DNA from: an uncultured Methylococcaceae bacterium
GTDB taxonomy: Bacteria; Pseudomonadota; Gammaproteobacteria; Methylococcales; Methylomonadaceae
NCBI GenBank assembly: GCA_903873165.1
Contig: CAIQNQ010000103.1
Location: 8,387-72,386 of the forward strand
Direction of reading: 5' to 3'
Length of the DNA stretch: 64,000 bases
In this document: piece by piece, positions 30,585 through 41,398 of the stretch
How the letters are laid out: the number at the start of each line of letters is the position of its first letter
How positions within the stretch are numbered: the stretch's first letter is position 1
Translations under genes and position numbers: made by a program
Notes under the pieces: generated by a model
Databases searched by the model: none
What the model was told of the DNA's origin: nothing
Seen by the model: the letters and a program-made list of their open reading frames with translations, nothing else

Positions 30585-30677
30585 AAAGGAGCCGTGTTGA
30601 TGACCATTCTACTTAATCGACACAACTAAGCAAGTTTTTAATAAAAATCGGAATTGCTCGCCTACAGGAAGCGCACT

Positions 30678-33600
30678 ATGTCCATAAATGATTATCTGGA
30701 AGATTTATCTTCATTATTACCTGCACTGACGGTACTTGAAAAACTGGGGTTTAGTTATTTAACGCCCGCAGATCAATTAGCTTTACGGGGAGGCAGAACC
30801 TCTAAATGTGTGCAGGAAAGTATTCTGACTCAGCAATTACAAAAGATTAATTCGATTACTTTTAAAGGTCAGGTTACTGCATTTACTGACAGTAATATTC
30901 AAAAAGCCGTACAAGCATTAGTCGGCATTCCGTTTGATAGCCTCATGAATACCAGCGAACAAGTTTATGATTTATTAACGCTGGGTAAAAGTTTGGAACA
31001 AACGATTGACGGTTACACCAAAAGTTTTTCTCTGCATTACATTGATTGGAAACACCCTGAGAATAATGTCTTTCATGTGTGCGATGAATTTATTTTAGAG
31101 CGCCGCAATAGCAAACAAACACGCAGGCCTGACATTGTGTTGTTTGTAAACGGTATCCCATTGGTCGTGATTGAATGTAAGCGCCCTGACTTAAAGGATG
31201 CTATTGAACAAGGCATTAGCCAACACTTACGTAATCAACGCGGTGATGAAATCCCCGAATTGTTTACCTATGCACAGATTTTATTATCATTGAGCCAAAA
31301 TAAAGCGCTTTATGCTACCACTGGGACACCCGCTAAGTTTTGGGCACTTTGGAAAGAAGAAGATAAAGACGCACAAGAAAACTATCTACATGACTTAATC
31401 AATACACCTGTCAGTCTTGAATTTAAAAACCGTTTGTTCGCTGAGCGTGATGTCCAGCAACGACAAGCGATGGAAACGCTTTGGCAATCGGGCCAAAGAA
31501 CACCTTCTCCACAAGATAAAGCCCTACATAGTTTATTGAGGCCGGAACGCTTGTTAGAGTTGATTTATCAATTTATTGTCTTTGACAATAAAGAAAAGAA
31601 AATCTGTCGATATCAGCAATACTTTGCCGTTGCCGCGACCTTAAACCGCGTGAACCAACGCAAAGGTGACGCACCAAGACCCGGTGGCGTGATATGGCAT
31701 ACCACCGGTTCAGGAAAGTCTCTCACCATGGTGATGTTGGCGAAAGCGTTGGTGTTGGCACCGGCTATTCAGAATCCCAAAATTGTCTTGGTGACCGATC
31801 GAATTGATCTTGATGACCAGATTTATAAAACCTTTCATGCCTGCGGTAAGCCCGTTGTGCAAGCTAAAACCGGTGAACATTTATTAGAGCTTATTGCCCA
31901 TAATAAAGCCAGTATCATTACCACGATTATCGACAAGTTTGAGTCGGCCAGCCGTAAACGTAAAATCAGTGATGCCAGTAGTAATATCTTTGTGTTAGTC
32001 GATGAATCGCACCGCTCACAATACGGTGTTTCTCATGCAAAAATGCAGAATGTGTTTCCGAATGCTTGTTACATTGGCTTTACCGGTACACCACTACTAA
32101 AAAAAGAAAAGACCACTGCTGCCAAGTTCGGCGGTTTTATCCATAAATACACCATGAATCAAGCGGTCGCAGATGGCGCGGTGACGCCTTTATTGTATGA
32201 AGGCCGGATGAGTGAATTACAAGGCGATCAGGCGCAAATTGATAGGTGGTTCGAGCGAATCACTAAAGATCTTTCAAATGAGCAGAAGGCTGATTTAAAG
32301 AAGAAATTTCGTCGTGAAGAAGAACTAAGCAAGTCCGAACAACGCTTGAGCGAGATTGCTTATGATATAGGTCAACACTTTAAATCCAATTACAGAGGCA
32401 CAGGTAAAAAAGGCCAATTCGCCGTGACCAGTAAGGCGACGGCCTTACGTTATAAAAAATATTTTGATGAGTTTGGTGATGTAAGCGTTGAAGTTATTAT
32501 CTCTCCCCTCGATACGCGAGAAGGTAATACGTCCGTTGATGAAGATACGCTGGAAGATATACAGGTCTTTTGGAAGTCAATGATGGCGAAATATGGCAAT
32601 GATGAAAAATATCAGGAAAGCATCATCAATGCCTTTAAATATTCTGACGATCCAGAAATTTTGATTGTCGTGGACAAACTGCTCACGGGATTTGATGCAC
32701 CCAGAAACACGGTGCTCTATCTGGATAAACGCCTTAAAGAACACAATATATTGCAAGCCATTGCGCGGGTAAATCGCTTGTTTGAAGGTAAGGACTTTGG
32801 CTTAATTATCGATTATCGTGGCATCTTCGGTGAACTTAATGAAGCGATTGATACCTACTCTGCCCTAGAAAACGAAGGGTTTGATCCAGAAGATATTGAA
32901 GGCACCCTGACCGATATTACCGAAGAAATTAAACTGCTACCACAACGACATACTAATGTCTGGGAGGTATTTAAGGAGGTCAGTAATCAAAAGGATTTGG
33001 AGGCTATGCAACTGCATTTAGAGCCAGAAGACCGCCGCCAGCGATTTTATGATTGTTTAGCGGCATTTACCAAGACTCTGCAATTAGCCTTAGCTAATGC
33101 TAAGTTTCAGGATGAAACGCCCCCTAAGAAAATAGCGGTCTATAAAGATGATTTGAAATATTTCCTTAATCTTAGACAAGCCATCAAACAGCGCTTTGGC
33201 GAGTCTGTGGATTATTCATCTTATGAGCAACAGATCCGCAATATGGTTAACAAATACATCGGTGCGGATGCGGTTAAACAACTGATTGCCCCAGTGAATG
33301 TATTTGCTATTGATGAGTTTGAAAAAGAAATTGCTTCTATCGAAGGTGATGCTGCCAAAGCTGATGCTATAGCCTCAAGAATAAAAAAGACCATCACTGA
33401 AAAGATGGAAGAAGATCCAGCTTTATACAAACGACTTTCGGAAATGATTGATGAAGCCATCGCGGAGCATAGGGCAAAACGCCTCTCTGATATAGAGTAT
33501 TTAGAGCGCATTCGCAAAACGCTAACTGAATTGCGTGGTAAATCAAGCTCTGACCTACCGGAGATTTTATCCTATCATGATGAAGCTAAAGCCTTTTATG

Positions 33601-33875
33601 GGGTGATTAAAGAACCACTAAGCGAGTATCAAATTCCGGGCTTAACGCCTGAGTTGTTTGCGGCTGAAACGGCCTTAAAGCTAGAAGATATTATTTCTGA
33701 ACATAAAATTAGGGATTGGATAAAAAATCAGGATGTTAATAATGTGATTTTAAATGAGCTGGAAGACTATCTTTTTAGTTTGAAAGGTCGTTACGAACTG
33801 GCAATGGACTTAGATCTTATTGAGCGTATCACTCATCAAGTGCTTGCTATAGCAAAACGTAGAGATGGTAAATGA
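30678..33875 (+). CDS. hsdR: Type I restriction enzyme R subunit (endonuclease/helicase)
   Basis: Nuclease motif PDIVLFVNGIPLVVIECK, Walker A HTTGSGKSLTMV and DEAH-type motif VDESHRSQ. The ATG at 30678 (MSINDYLEDL) is preferred over the TTG at 30654. Confidence 0.93.
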   Translation: MSINDYLEDLSSLLPALTVLEKLGFSYLTPADQLALRGGRTSKCVQESILTQQLQKINSITFKGQVTAFTDSNIQKAVQALVGIPFDSLMNTSEQVYDLLTLGKSLEQTIDGYTKSFSLHYIDWKHPENNVFHVCDEFILERRNSKQTRRPDIVLFVNGIPLVVIECKRPDLKDAIEQGISQHLRNQRGDEIPELFTYAQILLSLSQNKALYATTGTPAKFWALWKEEDKDAQENYLHDLINTPVSLEFKNRLFAERDVQQRQAMETLWQSGQRTPSPQDKALHSLLRPERLLELIYQFIVFDNKEKKICRYQQYFAVAATLNRVNQRKGDAPRPGGVIWHTTGSGKSLTMVMLAKALVLAPAIQNPKIVLVTDRIDLDDQIYKTFHACGKPVVQAKTGEHLLELIAHNKASIITTIIDKFESASRKRKISDASSNIFVLVDESHRSQYGVSHAKMQNVFPNACYIGFTGTPLLKKEKTTAAKFGGFIHKYTMNQAVADGAVTPLLYEGRMSELQGDQAQIDRWFERITKDLSNEQKADLKKKFRREEELSKSEQRLSEIAYDIGQHFKSNYRGTGKKGQFAVTSKATALRYKKYFDEFGDVSVEVIISPLDTREGNTSVDEDTLEDIQVFWKSMMAKYGNDEKYQESIINAFKYSDDPEILIVVDKLLTGFDAPRNTVLYLDKRLKEHNILQAIARVNRLFEGKDFGLIIDYRGIFGELNEAIDTYSALENEGFDPEDIEGTLTDITEEIKLLPQRHTNVWEVFKEVSNQKDLEAMQLHLEPEDRRQRFYDCLAAFTKTLQLALANAKFQDETPPKKIAVYKDDLKYFLNLRQAIKQRFGESVDYSSYEQQIRNMVNKYIGADAVKQLIAPVNVFAIDEFEKEIASIEGDAAKADAIASRIKKTITEKMEEDPALYKRLSEMIDEAIAEHRAKRLSDIEYLERIRKTLTELRGKSSSDLPEILSYHDEAKAFYGVIKEPLSEYQIPGLTPELFAAETALKLEDIISEHKIRDWIKNQDVNNVILNELEDYLFSLKGRYELAMDLDLIERITHQVLAIAKRRDGK

Positions 33876-34591
33876 GTGAGGTTTTATTAAATGAGAGAAA
33901 ACAATCGGTCTTGTTCGGTCAGGCTGAAATTACTTATGTCGTTAATTGGAGTGATCGTAAGACCCTGGCAATTCATGTGTATCCAGATGGGGAAGTTGTT
34001 GTTGATGCACCGATAGCAGTGAGTCAGATTGCCATTGCCCAAAAAGTTAAAAAACGAGCCGCATGGATTTTTAAACAACAAATGCAATTTGCCGCCTATC
34101 CGCCCGTCATGCCAGAAAGACGCTATGTATCTGGCGAATCTTATCGCTACTTGGGGCGGCAATATCGGTTGTTGGTAAAGCAAGGCAGCGGCGAGCACGT
34201 CAAACTTATTAAAGGTCGAATTGTGGTTGAGACGGCTGATCCTGAAAATGCAAATAAAGTTAAAGCCCTGCTGCTCTATTGGTCAAGGTCAAGAGCACAA
34301 ATTATCTTTTCTGAGCGTTACCATATTTGTCTGAAGTTGGTTGCCAAATTGGGTATAGAGCACTATCAGGGTTTTCAACTCCGATCAATGCCTAAACGTT
34401 GGGGTAGTTGTACCGGTCAAGGCAATATCATGTTAAACCCTGAACTGATTGCCGCGCCTAAAGAGTGTATCGATTATGTGATTACACATGAGTTTTGCCA
34501 TTTAAAAATACGCAATCACAGTCCGGTATTTTATAAATTGTTAGCTAAGGTGATGCCTGATTGGGAAATTAGGCGTAAACGCTTAAATTAA
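33872..34591 (+). CDS. DUF45/YgjP-like HExxH metal-dependent hydrolase
   Basis: 239 aa with a C-terminal HEFCHL zinc motif. It overlaps the hsdR stop by 4 nt. DUF45 genes commonly follow hsdR. Confidence 0.8.
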   Translation: MSEVLLNERKQSVLFGQAEITYVVNWSDRKTLAIHVYPDGEVVVDAPIAVSQIAIAQKVKKRAAWIFKQQMQFAAYPPVMPERRYVSGESYRYLGRQYRLLVKQGSGEHVKLIKGRIVVETADPENANKVKALLLYWSRSRAQIIFSERYHICLKLVAKLGIEHYQGFQLRSMPKRWGSCTGQGNIMLNPELIAAPKECIDYVITHEFCHLKIRNHSPVFYKLLAKVMPDWEIRRKRLN

Positions 34592-34672
34592 AGGGTAGAA
34601 GTGATGTTTTCTTGTAGACTAATTTGACAAAATTTGCCATTATCAACGCCATACTTATTTTTAGGTGACGTT

Positions 34673-34903
34673 ATGACAACAATGAACATATCGCTTCCTG
34701 ATACCCTTAAGTCTTTGTAGACACTCATGTATAGGAACAAGGTTACAGTACGTCTATCAAGTATGTCCGAACCCTTATCCGAAATGATCAGGTTAAACGT
34801 GCGGAATAGCGATTAGCCGCATTAATGCTAGAAGGTCTGGAATCAGGCCCTCCATTTCCATAAATAAAACTTACTGGAACAAAAAGCGCGAAGTTCTTAA
34901 ATA
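34673..34903 (+). pseudogene. parD: ParD-family antitoxin remnant (frameshift plus in-frame stops)
   Basis: A good SD (AGGTGA) precedes ATG...MTTMNISLPDTLKS. After a +1 shift the sequence reads FVDTHV*EQGYSTSIKYVRTLIRNDQVKRAE*RLAALMLEGLESGPPFP*. This matches the ParD pattern (MN.SL...F.. .V..G.Y.S.SEYVR.LIR.DQ ... L..L..EG..SGP). Confidence 0.6.
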
Positions 34904-34916
34904 ACGATATCCAGTT

Positions 34917-35020
34917 AAATGATGAAATCCAGGCGCGAGACCGCCCCCATACTGATTCGGAATTGACATCTTAGCGGATTACATCGCACTTCGGAGTTGA
35001 ATCCGCGATATTAGTTTAGC
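34917..35020 (+). pseudogene. possible ParE toxin N-terminal fragment
   Basis: Shifted frames read ..IDILADYIAL.. and ..SELNPRY. This resembles the ParE DL..I..YIA....NP..A region. Only about 35 codons remain. Confidence 0.3.
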
Positions 35021-35044
35021 GTTCTCTTAAATTTAAATAAAAAA

Positions 35045-35069
35045 AGCCCCGCATTTTTATGTGAGGCTA
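35045..35069 (-). terminator. intrinsic terminator (minus strand)
   Basis: The minus strand reads AGCCTCACATAAAAATGCGGGGCTTTTTTT, an imperfect stem plus a T7 tail. It lies downstream of the small lipoprotein ORF. Confidence 0.5.
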
Positions 35070-35128
35070 ATTGTGTTGAAGTGCAGTTGCTAGAGATTCA
35101 GTAATGACACCTAAGCGAACACATCAGT

Positions 35129-35251
35129 TTATTTTATAGATATATTTGAAGCATTTGTTGCTGCAGGTTTACTTGGGCCTTTTCCTGAGTCACAAGCAAC
35201 AAGACTGAAGATAGTGATAACTAACAATAACAATTGGCTTACATATTTCAT
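35129..35251 (-). CDS. small putative lipoprotein (40 aa), absent from the ORF track
   Basis: Reverse translation gives MKYVSQLLLLVITIFSLVACDSGKGPSKPAATNASNISIK*, with a signal peptide and an LVAC lipobox. The SD is weak (GAGA). It has its own downstream terminator. Confidence 0.4.
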   Translation of the reverse strand: MKYVSQLLLLVITIFSLVACDSGKGPSKPAATNASNISIK

Positions 35252-35399
35252 GAGTTTCTCGTTTATAATTAAGATTTATTATCGATTTCTTCTTTAACAT
35301 TTAAGAGAAAGAAGCAATTATGCTTAAGTTTTATTAGGCATCATTATTTATACAGGTGTATTAAAATTAAAAACTGATTTGGATCAATAAATCACGAGA

Positions 35400-36356
35400 A
35401 TGAATAATCGGTTTCAGACAAACTTTGAATATGCTTGTAATGATCGGAAAGAGGTTTTAGTGATTAAACAAAAAGATATTGATCGCTTACGGGTTGAGCC
35501 GGGTAAAAAGATTCATCTTAAAGATTTTAATACCGAATGGGATAAGCTTGATAAGTATGAAGAGGCTGGCGAAACCGCTTTAAAAGCACAGCTTAATTTA
35601 CTATTAGCAAAAAACCTAACCGATTTAACAAAAGCTCAACAATTACTTTATGTGGATGATCGTTATTCCGTATTGATTGTGTTTCAGGCGATGGATGCGG
35701 CAGGTAAAGACAGCACGATTAAGCATGTGATGTCGGGGGTTAATCCGCAGGGCTGTCAGGTATATAGTTTTAAAAAACCTTCTTTAGAAGACGCTGGACA
35801 TAACTTTCTCTGGCGTTATGCCAAATGTTTACCTGAACGGGGCAGAATTGGTATTTTTAATCGCTCTTATTATGAAGATGTCTTAGTGGTTAAAGTGCAT
35901 CCAGAGCTATTACAAAACTTGCCAGAGGGTAAAGTCAATAAAGCTTTTTGGCAGGGGCGCTATGATGATATTAACGCGTTTGAGCAGCACCTGCATAGAA
36001 ACGGTACCATCATCCTAAAATTCTTTTTAAATCTCTCTAAGCATGAGCAAAAGAAACGCTTTTTAGAGCGCATTGATAAGCCAGAAAAAAACTGGAAATT
36101 AACAGAGGCAGATTTAGCAGAGCGTGATTATTGGCAAGACTATATGGTGGCGTATGAAGAGGCTATTAATGCCACGAGTACTGAGTGGGCGCCTTGGTAT
36201 ATTGTGCCCGCTGATAATAAAAGGGTAACGCGGGCTTTAGTAGCGGAAACAATTACTTCAACCTTAAAAAGTCTAGAGCTTAATTATCCTAAGGTCAGTA
36301 AAGAGCAGGCCGATTTTTTAATTAATGCGCGTGAGAAATTAGTTTTGGATAGCTGA
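35400..36356 (+). CDS. ppk2: polyphosphate kinase 2 family protein
   Basis: P-loop-like MDAAGKDSTIKHV, plus FLWRYAKCLPERGRIGIFNRSYYEDVLVVKVH, which is typical of PPK2. Confidence 0.88.
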   Translation: MNNRFQTNFEYACNDRKEVLVIKQKDIDRLRVEPGKKIHLKDFNTEWDKLDKYEEAGETALKAQLNLLLAKNLTDLTKAQQLLYVDDRYSVLIVFQAMDAAGKDSTIKHVMSGVNPQGCQVYSFKKPSLEDAGHNFLWRYAKCLPERGRIGIFNRSYYEDVLVVKVHPELLQNLPEGKVNKAFWQGRYDDINAFEQHLHRNGTIILKFFLNLSKHEQKKRFLERIDKPEKNWKLTEADLAERDYWQDYMVAYEEAINATSTEWAPWYIVPADNKRVTRALVAETITSTLKSLELNYPKVSKEQADFLINAREKLVLDS

Positions 36357-36408
36357 GTGGTTGATGACAAAGCGCTTATTAATAAATAAGCGCTTTGGAG
36401 TTGAGCTA

Positions 36409-36762
36409 TTACAGGGGAGGTTGTTTGCTTAAGTACCAAAAGATACTGGCAGAAATTAGAGCAACAACTGTGAGTACTATTCCGATTAGCACGCCTTTAT
36501 TAAGCGTAGTTTCTGTTTTTTCTGGCGTCTTATTCGTTATAACAACGCCTTCGATTTGAGCGTTAATGGCTTTAAATTTACCACGTTGATCTCTCGTAAT
36601 TTGGTAGTGTATGATGTCGCCGGTAACGGGTCTTCTGCTGCTACTGTCTAAGGCTGAGATATGCATAAAAATATCTTTGCTACCGTCATCGGGTTTTATA
36701 AAGCCAAACCCCCGATCTTCTTTCCACGTTTTTAAAACTCCCTGAACTGTTTTTCTTGTCAT
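36409..36762 (-). CDS. cold-shock-domain protein with C-terminal TM anchor
   Basis: The CSD RNP motifs are GFGFIKPDDGSKDIFMH. The C-terminus has the hydrophobic helix VLIGIVLTVVALISASIFWYL. Confidence 0.8.
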   Translation of the reverse strand: MTRKTVQGVLKTWKEDRGFGFIKPDDGSKDIFMHISALDSSSRRPVTGDIIHYQITRDQRGKFKAINAQIEGVVITNKTPEKTETTLNKGVLIGIVLTVVALISASIFWYLSKQPPL

Positions 36763-36887
36763 AAGTTTTCTATTATTTCTGTGTAGTGTTGTAGAGCGTG
36801 ATCCATTGAGCCATAAGTAGTGTTTACCGATAGCTCAATTAGACATTCTGCTTTGTAAGGGAATGAGTTGATTAGTTGGATAATTAA

Positions 36888-37259
36888 TTAAAACTTCTTG
36901 TGTATAACAATTTTATCATCAATAATTAATTCTGATATGCCGCCTAAAGAGGCTTGTAAAGTGCAGCTGGCTTTTTTAAAGCCACCTTTCTGAGCATTTT
37001 CACCTAACCAAATTAGAGTAATGTAAGTATCTTTATCTGATTTTGTTTCAGTGGGGAAAAAGACTTGCTCTCCGGTTTCTTTTTTAATGACTACTGGGCA
37101 TTTTTCATTTGCCATAGTTTGGATAGCAACATAGTTTCTGATACTTGCAGCGGCTTCTTTTTGAGCGTTACTCGGTTCTTCTTTGCTTAAACCGACCATG
37201 ATAAATCCGGCCGCAAAAAGTGCTAATACAGAGAGTCCAATTTTCGTTGATTCAGGCAT
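36888..37259 (-). CDS. hypothetical membrane-anchored protein
   Basis: 123-aa ORF with an N-terminal TM segment and no recognised motif. Confidence 0.45.
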   Translation of the reverse strand: MPESTKIGLSVLALFAAGFIMVGLSKEEPSNAQKEAAASIRNYVAIQTMANEKCPVVIKKETGEQVFFPTETKSDKDTYITLIWLGENAQKGGFKKASCTLQASLGGISELIIDDKIVIHKKF

Positions 37260-37396
37260 TTTTATTTCCTATTGTGTTAAGGTTATCCAATCAAACTATT
37301 GATCCTTAAAAAGCCGTTCAATTCTATGCGAATTAATCATACTGGGCAATGAAAGTTAATAGTCTGACTGGAGTGGGCGGTTATTATTAAGATCGA

Positions 37397-39535
37397 TTAG
37401 TGGGTATTGGCTAAGTCAATGACCGCTGGATAATTAATTTTACCCGTCATTAAGACAGGGATACTGTCAACGACGATGATCTTTTTGGGTAGACAGATAT
37501 TATTAACGCCGGGTGATGCTGCCATAAGATCATTATTAGTCGCGCCTTTATGGGTCGTTACCATAATGATTTGTTCGCCCTTCTTTGCATCAGCAATGCT
37601 CACCGCAGCATGATGAGCCTCAGGCCAAGCATTAATGGCTAATTGCTCTACAGCCACTAAAGAAATCATTTCGCCACCAATTTTGGCAAAGCGTTTGCTG
37701 CGACCCCGAATACTGATAAAACCTTCGTGGTCGACATGCACAATATCCCCAGTATCGTGCCAGCCTTTACCAAAGCAGGATTCGGGCGGAACTAATTGGC
37801 CTGGATTGTTGGGTAATATGTAACCCAACATAATGTTGGGGCCACTCACATGCAATAGGCCGCCGTCAGTAATTCCATCTATTGGCTCTAATTCATACGC
37901 CATCCTGGGCATAAAGCGCCCGACAGTGCCCGATTTATGATGTAGAGGCGTATTAACTGAGGTAATCGGTGACGTTTCGGTCGCGCCATAACCTTCTAAG
38001 ATTCTGATACCAAATTTATCGGCCCAAATTTGGCGAGTACTTTCTTGCAGTTTTTCAGCACCTGCTACTACATAGCGTAAATTATAGAAATCATAGGCGT
38101 GGGCTTTTTTGGCATAAGCGGCAAAGAACGTATTCGTGCCAAACATAATAGTGGCATGAACTTCATAAGCAATTTCTGGAATAACACTAAAATGTAAGGG
38201 GGATGGATAGTAGAAGGTTCTCATTCCGCTGATAGTCGGTAAAATGGTACCTACGGTGAAACCAAAGGAATGAAACATGGGTAAAAAGTTAAGTACGATA
38301 TCTTTGGCGTTAAAACTAATGCAAGCTTCTAATTGTTTAAGATTACCTAAGATATTCGCGTGCGATAACACCACTCCTTTAGGAGTCCCTTCTGAGCCAG
38401 AGGTAAATAAAACCACTGCTGGGGTATCGGCATTAAAGTTTTTAGCTTTGTACCAAAGGCCAGTAGTTTTAGCTTTTAATAAGCCCGTTAGTTTATCTAA
38501 TCGGGAAATGGTCGGCGCCAAATCTTCAAGATAGATTAATTGGCAATGCTGACTTAATTGTTCGGCTTCTTGTTTTAGATTACCCAGTTCTATAAAACGA
38601 TGTGAAGTTAAAACAGTTTTAATTTGTGCAGTATGACAAGCTGAAATAATATTAGCCGATCCCGTTGAGTAATTAAGCATCGCGGGGACGCGATGATGTA
38701 ATTGTAAGCCTAGGATGGTTATCAGGGTTTTAGAGGAGTTGGGCAAAAAGACGCCCACGTTTTCACCGGTAGAAGTCATTTTTTCAAGCGCTGCTCCTAG
38801 GATAATGGTGCGGGTAATTAAATCATCATAATTAAGCGTAGAGCGGTCTGTGTCTTCTGCAATGATGTGTTTGCCACCATGGATTTTTTTGGCTTCTAAG
38901 AGGCTAGTAAAGATAGCTTGTTGGTATTGACTCGTATCAAACATCATATTTGACATGATATCGGCTAATATTTGCCCACAATAAGCCCGACGTTCTCTGC
39001 CTTTAATGTCTGAGGGAGCGGAAATATGAGTGGGTTTTGAAATATGGATAGTAATTTTAGGGAATAAGCGTAACCGGACAATATCATGTAGCTTAGAAAA
39101 GTGCGTATATTGCGCACCCGCAATTCGAATAGGTAAAACAGTGGCTTGGGTTTTATCGGCAACCATACCCGTGCCATCATAAACTTTCATTAAAGCTCCA
39201 GTAACAGAGATTCGCCCTTCAGGAAAAATAACGGTACGAGTATCGTTTTCAAGATGATGAATTAAATCTTTTAAAGATAATGGATGCGTCGGATCCATAG
39301 GAAAAACTTTAGATAAACCTAAAAAGGGTTTTAGCCACCAACGTTGAGAAATATGGGTATTAATGGCAAAGGTTATGTTATCGGGTAAAAATACCCCCAG
39401 TAATAAAGGATCTAAAAATGAGCTGTGATTGGCAACAATTAACACGCGATTTCCGGCATTTTTATAGTTATCTAAGCCAGTGACTTCTACTTTATAAAGT
39501 AAACGTAGTAGCAAGCGTAAACATATTTTTAACAT
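37397..39535 (-). CDS. aas: bifunctional 2-acylglycerophosphoethanolamine acyltransferase / acyl-ACP synthetase
   Basis: 712 aa with an N-terminal PlsC-type acyltransferase motif NHSSFLDP (HX4D) and a C-terminal AMP-binding domain (TSGSEGTPKGV, GYGATE). The architecture matches Aas. Confidence 0.85.
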   Translation of the reverse strand: MLKICLRLLLRLLYKVEVTGLDNYKNAGNRVLIVANHSSFLDPLLLGVFLPDNITFAINTHISQRWWLKPFLGLSKVFPMDPTHPLSLKDLIHHLENDTRTVIFPEGRISVTGALMKVYDGTGMVADKTQATVLPIRIAGAQYTHFSKLHDIVRLRLFPKITIHISKPTHISAPSDIKGRERRAYCGQILADIMSNMMFDTSQYQQAIFTSLLEAKKIHGGKHIIAEDTDRSTLNYDDLITRTIILGAALEKMTSTGENVGVFLPNSSKTLITILGLQLHHRVPAMLNYSTGSANIISACHTAQIKTVLTSHRFIELGNLKQEAEQLSQHCQLIYLEDLAPTISRLDKLTGLLKAKTTGLWYKAKNFNADTPAVVLFTSGSEGTPKGVVLSHANILGNLKQLEACISFNAKDIVLNFLPMFHSFGFTVGTILPTISGMRTFYYPSPLHFSVIPEIAYEVHATIMFGTNTFFAAYAKKAHAYDFYNLRYVVAGAEKLQESTRQIWADKFGIRILEGYGATETSPITSVNTPLHHKSGTVGRFMPRMAYELEPIDGITDGGLLHVSGPNIMLGYILPNNPGQLVPPESCFGKGWHDTGDIVHVDHEGFISIRGRSKRFAKIGGEMISLVAVEQLAINAWPEAHHAAVSIADAKKGEQIIMVTTHKGATNNDLMAASPGVNNICLPKKIIVVDSIPVLMTGKINYPAVIDLANTH

Positions 39536-39641
39536 GGGTATCTCTTTAAGTTTTAAAATTGCAGTATTTTTAATGTAGAAGTCTTAAATTAAATTTATTT
39601 AAGATTATAATTTTGCTTAATAATTGTATGTTGATTGATAA

Positions 39642-41333
<1,692 letters not shown>

Positions 41334-41398
41334 ATATACTTAGCGTTTTTTTAGAAAAAGTTAGCACGGATGCTGGCTTTTTTAATTGGAATTTCGAC

